Origin: Phoronis australis
Lineage: Eukaryota > Animalia > Phoronida
NCBI GenBank assembly: GCA_002633005.1
Contig: NMRA01000075.1
Span: 1,010,426 to 1,074,425 of the forward strand
Length of the DNA: 64,000 nt
Direction: 5' to 3'
Part shown: in pieces, positions 39,467 to 53,121 of the stretch
How positions within the stretch are numbered: the first letter of the stretch is position 1
Layout of the letters: every line of letters starts with the position of its first letter
Made by a program: the position numbers and the translations under genes
Notes under the pieces: generated by a model
What the model was told of the DNA's origin: nothing
Database searches by the model: none
Seen by the model: the letters and a program-made list of their open reading frames with translations, nothing else

Positions 39467-40123
39467 TAAATGTAGTCATGAGGAACTCTCATCAACGAAA
39501 TAGAACCTGAATTTAAAATTGTGTAAGCTAAATAGATCCCACGTTGTTTTCGTGACGACATGAACGTCTTTATGTACTTCTGGAAATGTCTGCTCTCAAC
39601 AAGTGCATGGTGCTCCTCCTTATTAGAGTTATATGCCATGCACAAATATCAACTAGGATCGTAATTAAGTAGACATAATTGGGGACCACAGAAGAATTAT
39701 ACTTGGCAAAGCCTCAACCTTCTTCCCTCATTATGCAAGTTGAAGATGATATTTGTTCATCTTGGAATGGCTTTTATCATTTTTTAAGATCGATTTTCAC
39801 AATTTTTTCTACACCTATCCAGAATACTTATGAGAATTCTTTAGGGGAAATCCTTCAAGTTTTAATCATGGTAGCAATTAAATTGATAAACACGAGAAAG
39901 ATTGTCTGCTCAGAAAGTATCATGTGATCTTCTAGTACATGGGTAAGACTAATGACCTCGCAAGACTCAAAGCTTGTGTCAGTTGCTGGGTTATTGTCAT
40001 GTTGGAGAGAAGATAATTTAGCTGGGAGTAGAGGAAATAGAAGTATTTGCCAATCTTGATGTGCATTATATGGTCCAATTCTTCTCGTACGTGGTGAATA
40101 TCTGCTTTGTGCTTCGCTTATGA

Positions 40124-43100
40124 GACTGCATGACAGAACGGCATCCCAGGGTACCTTGTACAGATGAAAGAGGTACCACTATCTGACCAAACGAGTCCAC
40201 CTGAGTATGTACAGAAATGGATGTCTGCCATTGTCGGGACTTTAGCTGTGGCCCTTGGGATCTGATAAGGGGTTAGAAATTAGATTTGCGTGGTAGCAGC
40301 CGAAACTGATTTAAAATAAACTATCTTGCCACACTGAGCACCAAATGACCTATTATTGGCAAAGTGCACTCTCGAAAGGTCCCGCTAGAAATCAAAAAAG
40401 GAACTCTCGATATTGAGCTAGGTCAAACAATCCAGATATTACAAAAATTAATTGCGTATGATTCAGTGCATGCCACTGATCACTTATTAGCCAATGATGG
40501 ACAAAATAAAATTTGAGTAACACCCACCAGAAACCTCAATCGTCTCACCCACAAAATACCGACCGAAATTGATTTAAAATGAACAATCGTGTCACACTGA
40601 GCACTGAATGGACCATGTCTGACTGTAAAAGTGCACTCTAGAAAGGGCTTGCCAGAAACCCGAAAAGGGCTCCGAAAATTCGAACAAACGAGGTACCTCA
40701 AAAATCAATTTAATACGATTCAGTACATTCTCAATTTCTATAACACTATTCCAGTCACATCTGCCCCTGTGCAACTGATATACCGGGGGGGTTTACCACA
40801 TTGATAGAGTGCTAGAAGCTTGAAATCCCGAGGGGTTTTCATTATCAAGGTACGACAAATTTACTAATGTATTCAGGGTTTAGTATGGGGAAAATAAACC
40901 TCTCACCGTGGAATTCTTAATAAAGTGATTTTTGTTCTGCGATAGAGTTGTAATTCTTCGCCAAAGTCAACTTAATTTTCACAACTAAGCTTCATTAAAG
41001 ATATGTATAGAAGTAGAAAGGACCAATGATGAAAGTAAGCGTTTTTTAAATGATAGTTTTAAGTGTAGAGTGTATTTTTGACGAGGTGAAAACTGGAAAT
41101 CGTTAACCCAAATCCGGTCACGGCCCGTTTAAAATACACTGGAGTAACGAAATGAGTACAGAAAGCGAATGGAAGTATTGTAGCCCCTACATGGCCAACC
41201 GAGGGGCTACGTGTTGCCTACTAGATGGCCCCGCGTTCGTTTGAATGCGCTAAATTTCCCCTTACTCCCAGGTCTCCTAATGTTGTTTATCCATTTTTCA
41301 CGAAGTTCTTGGTTTGCAGGGAACACATACAAACTCAGATTTTTATCTCTCTTGTTGTTTTTGAAGCAGCCAGGAACACAACAAGTGTATCCGCCGTAAG
41401 TTTTCTTCGCGCTCATACCGCGTATTACGCTTGTTACTATGGCCGCTTTCGGAATCCTGACCACAGCACCCACAATGCACCATTTTAACCTAATTTCAAT
41501 ATGGCGTCGCTGCAAATCCGCTATTGACACGTGCGCGTTTGTATCCGTCCATAAACGAAAATCAAGTGTCTTTAATTTGGTGTTTTCCTAATAATCATTA
41601 TAATGGCTATGCCCAGACGTTGATTTCTGTGGCAAGTAGACTTGGAGCCGACAGAAACAGATGATGCTAATAACAGGAAGTAGAGAAATTCTCCCTTACC
41701 ATTCAAGTTAACAAGTAAACGAAACTCGATAAAAAGCACACGGATACGTTTAAGCTTGCACATATCGTAAATTACTGACATGGAAATCTGATGTAACAGG
41801 AACAAGATCTCAAATTTTGAGCTAGCTCGATTTTTGGGGATCCTTTTGGGTTTCTGGCGGGCCCCTCCAGAGTGTAATTTTGATGTCATGGACCATACGG
41901 ATCTCAGTGTGGCACGATTCGTCCAGCTCCTCAACAATTTAATAAAGCTTAAATTTTCAACAGCATTTTGTGGGTGGTATTTTTGAGAGTTTCTGACTGA
42001 CACAACCCCGAGTGTGTTGTATACGGCTATTTGGTGGTCTGAGGGTCAGTGACGACGGAACGATATGGAATTGTTTCTGTGGTACCTCGAGTGTTTGACT
42101 TAGCAAAAAATGGAGAGTCCTTTTCGGATTTCTAGCGGGCCCTTTCTGGAGAAAAAAATCTATCATGGGTCTATCAGTGCACAGTATAGCACGACTGTTG
42201 ATTTTGAATCAGTTTTGGCATGTACACTGTACTTCGATTATCTAATCCAGCTCTCGTCTTCCCGTGGGATAGCCACCCAGCTGGCTGTAAGAATGATGGC
42301 GTCAAAATACAGGTACGAATTGACAGGTGCACATTTTACATAGAACTAGAAATTTCCCTCCGCCTGGGTAGTTCTGCTTTTCTGCTCGTCACTTATATCG
42401 ATATGTGGAGCTAACGAGTCAAGAGATACTCTTCTTGCCCGGTGCCGCAATTTAAGTGAAAAACAATCCAATAAAAGTCATTTTCTTGCATACTTCTCCG
42501 GCTTTGGTATTTAAGAAAGTCCTGTCCTTGACTTTGAAACAGCCGCTTCTGTCACGCGCACGCGCCATTTTGCTATTTTTTGCGAGTTCTTTCGGGAGAT
42601 GATGACACGTTTGCCGAAGCGAAATTTGTTCAGAAATTCAGTTTACTGGTAATGAAATACTAAAAACCTGTAACAGAGTGAAACCTATTCCGATAATTTG
42701 TTGTGAACTATGCGCAACTTTGTGGAAGAACACCTGATTGAAGAATCGGTGAAAAAAAAAGAAATTTATTTAGCGAATAGTTAACGCTCTATTCCAATGC
42801 ACTGGATGCCGATACTTCATGATCGTTCCATAAATTCAGCTGCAGAACTGTCGCTGAACGGAATTTTTTTAGCACCGGTAACTAATTTCGTTTACTCTGG
42901 GAATAGTTTGGCTTTTAATGTCATCAGCTTTTGTCAAGTTTTATTTGGCCAAAGTTTACCCAGATTGTTCCAAAGCAATATATTTATACAGCTTTGTACC
43001 AAAGATATGCGTGGGTGACACTTTTGGGGGATTCTGGCGGGCACAACCCTGTTGAAAGTTGTCTGTCATAAGCTACTTAGCAAATCACTGTCATTTGCTT

Positions 43101-43444
43101 TATCATATGCCATTGGATTTCTGTGGTATGTCGAATGTTTGACCTGGCTTAAGTTAGGGGAGTCTTTTTTGAATTTTGGACTGGAACATTCCAGCATAGG
43201 GCATTTTTTCTGCCGGGAATCATTCAGTGCTCAGTGTAGCAAGATAGTTCACTTTTGGCTGGTACCTCCTATATCTAATCTAGCTCAAATTCCCTCCTCA
43301 TAAGGTCCGCAGAGGTCCACATCCAGAGTGCAGACACCGGCAGACATCCATTTCAGTCCATACCGCAATCCAAGTGCTCCAGTGGTCAGATGTCGGTACC
43401 TCGTTCATCTATACTAAGTGCACTGTGTTTCCGGTCTAACAGTC
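40124..43444. mobile_element. Old composite foldback-like element with long, internally repetitive inverted arms
   Basis: gtacagatgaaagaggtaccactatctgacca (~40158) pairs with tggtcagatgtcggtacctcgttcatctatac (~43383). aaatggatgtctgcc pairs with ggcagacatccattt. Sub-repeats at ~40330 and ~40592 have inverted counterparts at ~41840, ~42115 and ~43160. Confidence 0.6.
41207..41416 (-). pseudogene. Truncated THAP zinc-finger fragment of transposon origin
   Basis: MSAKKTYGGYTCCVPGCFKNNKRDKNLSLYVFPANQELREKWINNIRR carries the THAP CxVPGC...FP...W signature. The C-terminal CxxHF motif is missing (GHLVGNT*). Confidence 0.75.
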
Positions 43445-46400
43445 CACTCTTGTTCTGAGAAGTCTTTTAACACCAGAGACTTACTTTCCGACGTGCTTTG
43501 CTTCAGCTTACGTACTTTGTCCTGCATTCTCATGCTTCTCACTAATTTAACTTGTTAACGTGCTCTTGCTTGCTACTGTTTTGCTAGGCCTGTTCATGCG
43601 AGCACAAAACGCCATTGACATCTGAAAACCGAAATGCTAGTACATTTGAACCAAATATTTCAATTTTGAATATTTGAACCATTTTTGGCACTGTTGCCAT
43701 ACCAACTCTTCTAGTCTTTGCTTTTATGATTTTGTCAAAAATGAAATCAAACGTATTTTCAGTGCAATTAATTGTTATCAGAGGGGAACGAAGAACGTCC
43801 ATTTAGAAAAAGGATACCTTATGCTCTAGAAATGGACACGTTTTATACCAGAAATGGAAAGTTACAGACTCGTTTAGTCCCAGAAATAGACGCTTTGATA
43901 TTCGCGGTGTACCATGCCTCGGGGCTTATACGGCGAAACATCCGGCCCGTTCTGTTATACTGACGAATGCTATCTTCGACAACACCGAGTGACCACTGCA
44001 GTTAAATAATTCATTTCAACACTTAAAGCTGCATTTCGTCATATTTAGCTGGCTAAACAGTCAAAAATCGGAGCAGGACTTTTACTTTCATAAAATAGAT
44101 CTCATAATATTCCTTTCCGTAGTTGCATTACCAACTTTAGTCCCAGGCAATGCGTATTGGGTTCTCGATTTAAGGGCTTGCCAACCCCTATAAACTCAAG
44201 CGTTTTCTTGAGGCGCTAATGGTTTCAGTATTCTTGTAGATAACGAAAAAATACGGAATCCTTTCACGGTGAAGAATACCATGGGACAAATTTTAAGAGA
44301 GTAAAAGGGTTAAATCGAATTTGATTGTCAGTTTTAATCAAATAGACCACGTGACCACTGCTTACGTATGTCATTGACATTTGAACAAAGATGAACACTT
44401 ATTCCAATTACACCTAACACGCTGGAATACTCATGTATCTCCGTATCTTGTTTATGTCTCAACAAGGTGGAATATTCGCGTGTCTCCGTATCTCGTTTAT
44501 ATCTCAACTTGAGAATTCCATTTCCGGCCATCTCAACAAGGACCAGTGCTTACTTATCGTAGATGCCTGTCACACGCTATGAATTAAAACGTAACTCGTG
44601 TACAACATTTGCCCTTGAGAGAGGTAATAATCACAGAGATATGCGATAAAATGGTGTTTTAAAAACTACTGTTCGTAGGAACACCGTAGTTGCTACATTG
44701 GCCACACTTTGAGTCAGGTTGTTCGGTTACAATGAGATTTTGTTATATAAATGCTCCCCGGTACTATAGGCTAATGATAAGCTTACCGAAAGGGTTTATT
44801 TCAGTCAAGGTGTTAGGGTACAGTTAAAAGCGTTGTTTGCCTTTAAGTGTTTGTGTGATGATTGTAACCCTGTTACATTAATGTCTCTCATAACTTTGTT
44901 TAGTTAATGCTTATACAGCATGTGTGCATATTCTTTTTTGAAGCTTCGCGCACCAGCCGCTCATCGGAGGGTGCCTGGGATATCTGGAATGGCAACTTCA
45001 CTCGTGCACGTTCTTGTAGACACAAGGTAGTTTTACCGTAGATATATGTGTCTATGAGTGTTACTGCCTCTGTTATTATGTTATAATATGTGTAAAACCT
45101 TTGTTTTACGTAACTGCACAGATTGGTTTTAAGCGTCATGTGTATTTCAATACTTCATTTGCTATGAATAGTGTTGCTAACAACAATTGTTTACTCGTTG
45201 TTCTCTGTAGGTATCGTTTGACTGTCTATTTTGTTCACTACTTAACAACTGCACAGCTGTAATAACATGGGGGGGTGCCTCATACCATCAGTCCTACAGT
45301 CTACTCCATTCACACACTCCTCCAGTTTCCAACTTTTTTGTTTTGCGCTTTTAAGCGTCTTAAACAAATTCTCACGTTGCTTTTCCAGTGATATTTTACT
45401 AGAAGCCATAGGGATTGCCCGCATTACGTTAATTAAACGCTGGTGCTCCAGTAATAGCCGAGTTTAACAATACATCTCTGACCATGGACAAGAGGATTGG
45501 ATCAGGGGATTTCTTAATGTTTGCAGTTTTGGTCTAATTGATAATTGTTGGGTCGTCATTGAGCACCGACCTCTAATACAGGCCGGACTTGCAGTTCGTC
45601 AATACGCGTGCTCCTGTTAGATGTTTCTTACCAATAGGCGTATTAGGCAGGAGTCATCGAGGCTGGTTAGTACTAATATAAAGAAAAATTAAGGCAGAAA
45701 AACATTAAAAAATCGGGCAACGCACCATCCAATGGCATCGACATCGAAATGTGCGCAAAAGACATAGAGCATTTATGCGCAGATAGGTGTCTACCGTTGG
45801 TGTGTGAAATTGGTGGCGACCGGTGGGACACAATTGGGCGGAAGGAATTGGCGACGATGGGAGGTACGGAAAATCTGCCCTATGTTCAGTCAAATTTACA
45901 TAATATGCTCTCTGAGCCGACAAGTTCAGGTATGCCTGTAGTTTTATGTTAGACGTAGCCTCCGATCTTCTTAATCTTCATTTGCATGAGTGATGGAGAA
46001 ATGGTCTAGAAAGTACTTGGATTTTTAAACTGTGAAGCATATCGACATCAAATCAAAGTTATGACCACTAAGGGCATGTACATGCATGGGTATCCTAATA
46101 GCTAAAGGGATTTCACTTATTGAAATTTTTCCTATTAAATTTTGTTTCTGAAATTCAATGAACAAACATTGTTCACTGTCAGACTGGTTTCTACCACATG
46201 TTTTTTCACGGGATCTTTTTTACTCCAAACCGCATGAAATTGTTTAGTCTCGTTAAGTTTGCAATTACGATACTAAAAATTATTGTTTACTTACAGAAAC
46301 ATTTATCTTTCAATCCTGCTACATGTTCTAGCGTTAAGGCACCGAATAGATGGATACTGACAACCACCATTTTTGCGCAATTAATTTGTCAATTGCCAAC

Positions 46401-49400
46401 GTATTGGGTAATTCGAGGGATTCCATCTACGGCAAAACTTACTAACGACTCAGGTAGTCGTTCTTTAAATGAATTGTAGGACGGTTGTCGGTTCAAGATC
46501 CGCTGAAATAGCTGTCGTGGAGATGTGTATAGACCTGGCTTGCATGCCGTAGACGCAAAAACTTATCGAGTTAAGTTTGAGTGATCACATGCGTCTCTTG
46601 TAATGTATGGCGATATCTCGCGTAAGCATGAGTTTTCGCGAGTTAGTGGCATCTACGGAACGCAGGGCCGTCGATTACAGTGGTGATCGGATGGCGTGTA
46701 CCCCGAGAATATTTCGCCCAATAGATTTAGTAAAAGTCTATGTATGTGATTCGATCCATTTCTAGCTCACATGATTTATTTATTCTTATATGCATGCTGT
46801 GCTGATTTCCTTAATATTGTTCGCAACTCACCAAGTTTTTTTGGTGTCACAGCAGGTTTACGAGCCGGCAACCGTCCCATAATGCACTGATATGAAAAAC
46901 GAAGGCAGCGCCGTGGACAAAATCCCGCAAATTGTCAATACAAATTTCTCTTGCAGTCCATACGTCAATGAGGACCGAAACAAATACAATGAGTTACAGT
47001 ACCTACAACACCGACATGCAGTAAACTTCGTTACCAAGCAACCGCGCCCGTGCGAGTCGTGTCAAGGATCAAGTTTGAACGACCGCACCGGCACAGCCAC
47101 TAGTTTTCTCATTGTTACTAGGAAAATGTTGGCTGTGGAACTTATATCTCTATGGTTGTGAAGCCATTGTTATATGTTACAACTCGAGTTTGTGATTGAC
47201 GAAATAGTCTGAACTTGATAACTTGATAATTTATTTTTTCATTCAACCGATATTTTGGTTGTAATCAGTCATTTCAAATATAAAAGCTGTTCGAAAATGT
47301 TAACTCATAATACTGTATAAGGCATTAGGCTTTACATGAAAGAAAATAGTATAGATTTGATATGACCTGGACTAATGTTGTGTTCGGACATTATGTGTTT
47401 GACGTTCGCCATTAATTCAATGTATCACATCCTAATTGTAAAATTTACTGTGTGTCTGGGCGAATCACCAGTTGCAGATCAGTTTGTCTGGAAGAGTTAT
47501 TCAATCAGTTTTCTTCAAATGAAGATGTTGTGATGTCTACTACTAATCTGGAGACCAAAGTGTGGGACTCCTAAACAGAAGCATCCTGGTGGCAAAAGTG
47601 TGACTGAAAAGTCACCTCTAATTACTTTAATGATTCAAATCCTCAGTCGAAAACGGATTAATTTTGTGGCACAGTGTCAGTTTGATGTTTTAATGACTTT
47701 AATTATATTTTCCTCTTTATTGATTTTCGACATTCGAAATCATGTTTTTCGGGATTATGAGTACGTCGGATGCGGTTTGGATCTTACACAAAATTGACAC
47801 CGTTGTTTGTTTATTGCTGCATTGATGCACCTCGTGTTTGCGGTGAAATAAGAAAAAACACTAAGGGGTAACCGATTTGATCAATTCAAATTTGCTGTTG
47901 ATTAATTTCAAAAACCTTTAAATATTGTTTTTTAAGTCAAATAACATATTTTTTAATTTTAAGTAATAGACGCCACACTGAACGTGGGAATGGGCAAACA
48001 CAAGTTTATACTTAGATGTTATTTAATTCGAAGTAAATCATCAAATTTAAATTTATCAAAAAGGAAATTTCTCTTGTTATGTTATTTTCGTGAACTAAAC
48101 TTATTTCACAAACCCAAGAACATAACATAATCGCCATGTATCGAAATGCAACGGGTACACTCGATTTTGAAATTTGCGCGCTTTGAGATGGTCAAATTGA
48201 GCATTCTTAGGTGATACTGTTAAACCAGTCCCAAAATATTAGTCGGTGTCCCCTTTTATTCATACCAACGTGGTACTATTATGTTTGTAGTTCTAGGTAT
48301 GGTGCAAAACATGGTGACAGCTCCAAGGAAAGGAAACTGATGATGTTGTTTGAGCAACAATAGCTCAAAAATAAGTCGGTCCCAGATTCGAGGTCACGTA
48401 AAAGGTTAACAAAAATACTGTGAAACACGAATGCCAGAGATGATTTTACTAAGAACTGGTGGTGTTTTTTGTGTTCCAGAAATCCCAAATTTTCTTTTGC
48501 AAGGCACATAAATTACTCACTGTAGAAGAAAAAACAGCACGATTAATTGTCCTCCGTCTTGATGCAGCAGTTTAGCACTACATGTAGTTCAAAATACTCG
48601 TTATCTGCGGTTGGTTCTTCATTTCGTGCAAAATTTTCGTGCTCTCAAATAAGAGTCTGTTGCCGTACTTTTTAAACCTTCTACTGGAAAACAAACTTCG
48701 GGATTCCGGGATTAAGTAAAATACCAAAGGGTTCAAATTATGTGATAACCCAAAATTAAAAAGTTTCCAGTAAAAACAACTTTTGGTTCTGCTGTTTTAG
48801 TATAATTGTTGTATTTTTGGAACACCGGGTACATCCATGTTTTGAAAATGGTTGCCGTAAACAAAATTACCTTGTAACTGAATGTTGAACTGACCATTAT
48901 TAATTGTGTACTATATACAGCACTGTGTCGATATTCCGTCAACCGGTTAGCATTACTGAACGAGAGAGATATAGATGTGATTTGGTGTGATGTTTTCTAA
49001 CAATTGGCTTTTACACAATTAGTAAGCCGTAGACAATCATTAATATAAAATTCAACAAGACGTTATGTAATTTTAGACTCGTTCCTAAGCTTAGTAAGTA
49101 TACGTTACACATGTTGTGAATGAAGACTTGTTTGAAGTACTTAATAAAAGTCATTATAGTTTCCCATGTTGTTATGGAATTGGCTGAAAAACGTTACAGT
49201 GTCGTTTGCTTTCCGCAGTATGAGCTCACCGTCCCCTCGTTGCATGCTGTTCGCAGGTTCAGCAGAATGTTGTCTCATAATGTAGCAGAAAATGACCACA
49301 TTCTCTAATAAAAGGTTCATACTGTAGTAACTATTTTTCCGAGTTGCGATACACATGACCTTTAAGCCAGAACAATTGAAAATTAAGTTTAGCAATTACT

Positions 49401-51349
49401 TTTTAAAGTAATGATATTTTGCTAAGTAGATAATTAAATTAACATCTTCCGGTCTATAGGCTGGCTCTCCGGAACCAAGGCACCAAAGTTGCTTAGCTGC
49501 AAAGGGACATTACACTGATTTATTATCCATGTTTCCAAACAATGCTCAAAATTTTTGAACAAATAAGCAAATCCAACAGTATTATTAGAGATGTCACACA
49601 ACAATCAAACTTTTCGAGCAGATAAGTATTGAATTTAATATAACCCAGCCCAGTAGTACTGCATTGAAATTTCATATCCTTTCCTATTTAGGGGCCCCAG
49701 TCCTAGGAGGGAGACCATTGGTGGTATCTGTGGCAATTTTTTTACTGTTTTGTATGTCTTCTTCTTTCTTCGTGAGGTCTTCTCAAGGAGGGTTTTTTGT
49801 GAAATCGTACAACATTTTATGTTATGGAAGGTTACCTATCGATCGAATTAACTATCACCCCTTTTTCAGTTTTTAATGAAATAGTTTTTTGTATTAAGGG
49901 TCCTCTTTTAGATGGGATCATCTCTTTGCGGGGGTGCAGGATTCCCTATAAATGCACTGTTAGCTATTCGCGAGATTAAGCTGATGAAATTTCAAATTGT
50001 TGAAAAAACACAGAGCATTCCTAAGGAAAGCACAACAGCATCAAGACATGCAGCCCAGAACAACCACAAATGCAAGATTGCATTGAAAATACAATAGAAT
50101 TGATGAAAAAAAGAAGAACTAGAAAATCACTGATCGTCAAATACACAAAGTCAATATTATTGATAGTTTTGCGACGATAAAAGGTTATTTTCCCAAAGAA
50201 TTACAAGACTAGCATTTCTTTCCTGGATCGCAATTAAAGTCCTGATCTCACACGTTGTTAACCCTTATTACATGGTTAGAGGATGTTATAAGGATCCAAG
50301 AAGTACCTACCCCATACACGATCCGTACTAGAAAAAAGTTTAAATGAACGCGCCACTCACGATTCGCACCCGAAGAACCACCGCCATTTTGAACTTAGCG
50401 CGCGAACCCGGAAGTACAATTCATTCAGGAACCCAGGCTAAGAAAACGCCGTCAGTGTGAGTGCCTGTTACCAGCCTGCAAACGGGGATAAAATAATGGA
50501 CAGCGCGCCTTAATTTTAATAAAATCAACATACGGACAATTTTATCGAATTTGATGAAGAAATGTGGCGAATAAATTTTGACACTGAGAAATTATTTTGC
50601 CGGCCTCGGGACCGCAGGCTATTGGACCCGGTGCGGATCGAGACAAGACGCAGGCGAACGGTAAAGGCATGCGGTTGCAAGCTGTTTTGTCGAAGTAAAA
50701 TGTTCAAGTCATAAATGCCGTATAAATTCAAAGGTAGTTTCAGACACTTGCATAAAATTACGGGCTGGTTAATCCTGTGTCACACTGCCGCGGGAGCCCT
50801 TAGCTAGCCTCAGTGCCAGCTCACCAGTATGAAAACTACCGTCAAAATACAGCTAGCTTGTCAGTAGACCCACACAGCTTTGGGCCAAGGCTACCCTTAG
50901 GCCTACCTCGTCGCTGGCCACAGCTCTCGCTCAAACGAGGTTTATTTAGAACTTGGGTACTTCTGGAGAACTGTGCAAAGGTGTTGGCTTTCAACAGAGA
51001 TTTTCTCAGACTTTGTATGAGTGCACCAAGCTTAAAAATTTTTGGGAATGTCTATCTTTTACTGGGTATGTACAGAGTTATGAATTGCAGACGCTAAATT
51101 TTGGTACTTACTATCTTCTAGTGGAATATATCGTCTCGTTTTCTACTTTTTTCTTTCTTCTCTGACTGAGGCAGACCTTTTTCCATTTCTCCAAAGGGGG
51201 CTCGTTCGAGCACATAAGTATGACAAGTCCAATACAAAATGTTATCATTTTTTATTCATTAACCCAAAATGAGGCAAACTTTTAACATAACAGGTAACTT
51301 AAAATGTACAATACTTTACAACATCTAGCATTACAAACACTATTCAACA

Positions 51350-51596
51350 CATGCGCGCACCCAGCCTTCAATATGGGGGTCTCGAATTCCCGGGGATGTG
51401 GGCCTTTTGCTAAAAAAAGAGTCGGCGGACTAAAAAAAAAACGGGGGCACCACTGTGAATTGCGCGTTTGCGCTTCTTTAGTGGACTTTTCTCCCATTTT
51501 CTCGGGCTTTTTGTCTCTCGGGGGCTGCCTTTTTGCCCACTTCGCCAAATGGGGGGGCTGTTTCGAGCCCCCCGAGCCCCCCTGGGTGCGCACATG
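51350..51596. mobile_element. MITE with TIR CATG(C/T)GCGCACCCAG and 5-bp TSD CAACA
   Basis: caaca|catgcgcgcacccag ... ctgggtgcgcacatg|caaca. Confidence 0.9.
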
Positions 51597-53121
51597 CAAC
51601 AGCAAAAGTTTCGATGTTATAAAAGTGGACTTACATGTAACTATTATCATGGTGACCAAACAGTGTTTCCTTACACCAGAATTTGACAAGCATGATTAAA
51701 AAAATATGAAGTTGCAAGGAACAAGAATTATAGGCTTGAAGCTTCACAATCCAACATAGCTTATTTCCCAAATCAAGATTATTCATTTTGTTGACTTGAT
51801 AACCTGAATTAAGAAGCAATAAGCTACAAAACATGACTTGAAAGCAATTGAGACTTAAAATTTAGAAAAATATGAATCATTTTGTGACACCAAATCAAGC
51901 CTTGAACAGCAGTTGACAGTCAAACAAAAAGCCATTTCAAAATTATTTTTTTAGCTTAGTGTAAGATCACCTGAATGGGAAATTCACAGTAAAATAATTC
52001 GAATATATCTTATATTTTGCACAAAAAACACGAAAATTGAACAAAGTTCCTTTTTTGTAGCAACGTTTGTCAAAATGTATCAACATTAAATCTTCACAAA
52101 TTACAAAGTGGCCGAATGAACATGCCTTTCAGTTCATCAAAACTCGCCATGTTGTCGGTGCCGCCAGAAATGAGACGAAGTCCAACGGGAATTCAGGTGA
52201 GCACATTTATCACTTAATAAGTAACAACTGCGAGGCTGACATTTGGTGAACACTGTTGTGTCGTGCAGAATAGTAAGTAAAGATATGTCTAACTAAATTT
52301 CACCGTAATTTGTTGGCGAAAACAATTTACACAAATCGTAACTTATCCCGCTGTCCTCAAATATGGTCGACGCGATCCAAACAAAGTGATCCAAATTTCG
52401 CCAAATAACTTACAATAACTTTACACTGCTTGCCCCGATTTTGACACTTTTTCTATTTTTACTGAGTAGAATGCACTGACTTTCAGATGATAGCAAAGTA
52501 CATTTTCAAAAAGAGAAAAAAAAAATCAAAACGAAAAAAATTGGTTCGACCCATCTTGGTTCCTAGGTTCGACCGACCTACGTAAGGAACTAAACACCAA
52601 TGCTATTTTAACATAATAAGTACGCGTAACATTCCAAAAAAAATTCAACGACCACTAACTACAAACTATAAATACACTATACACACAAACGAATCGCGAG
52701 ATATTACTAATAAAACAAATTAAAGAAGACTTTTCGAGCAAGCGATAGCACATTCATTTACAAGGAAAAAATGGCGGCTTTCAGGACAAGTTCCTGAACT
52801 GATGAGCCGGAAATGCGGGTACGGAAATAACCGATGACAGCCGGTAATTATACGCTCACAGAGAAGGGTCAAATAAACGAACTGCCTACATTCTAGGGCG
52901 AGTGACGCCAGGCCCTCGACCCCGGCCCAGATCGAGTGTTACGACACGTAGTCTTATTAGACAGGTTAGAATTTTCAAAAAAAGGCCTCAGAAAATGGTG
53001 TCTAGGGCATTTGGGGGTAATGCAGACGAAGATTGATTTTAACTAACTTTGGGGGTACTGAATCCAAAAAAAATTGTATGCCGTGCTGGATTTTGCCGGC
53101 ATAACCCTCAAATCCAAGATG

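Noticed and set aside
38915-39645. Poly-Met and poly-Ile membrane-protein ORFs
   Set aside because: These are translations of the (GAT)n microsatellite.
45749-45952. ORF with a good donor at ~45929 as a coding exon
   Set aside because: No convincing acceptor, an in-frame stop at 45674 and no recognisable homology.
52799-52830. Hammerhead ribozyme (ctgatgagccg...cggaaat)
   Set aside because: Stem II is out of register with GAAA, and no stems I/III or cleavage triplet can be formed.
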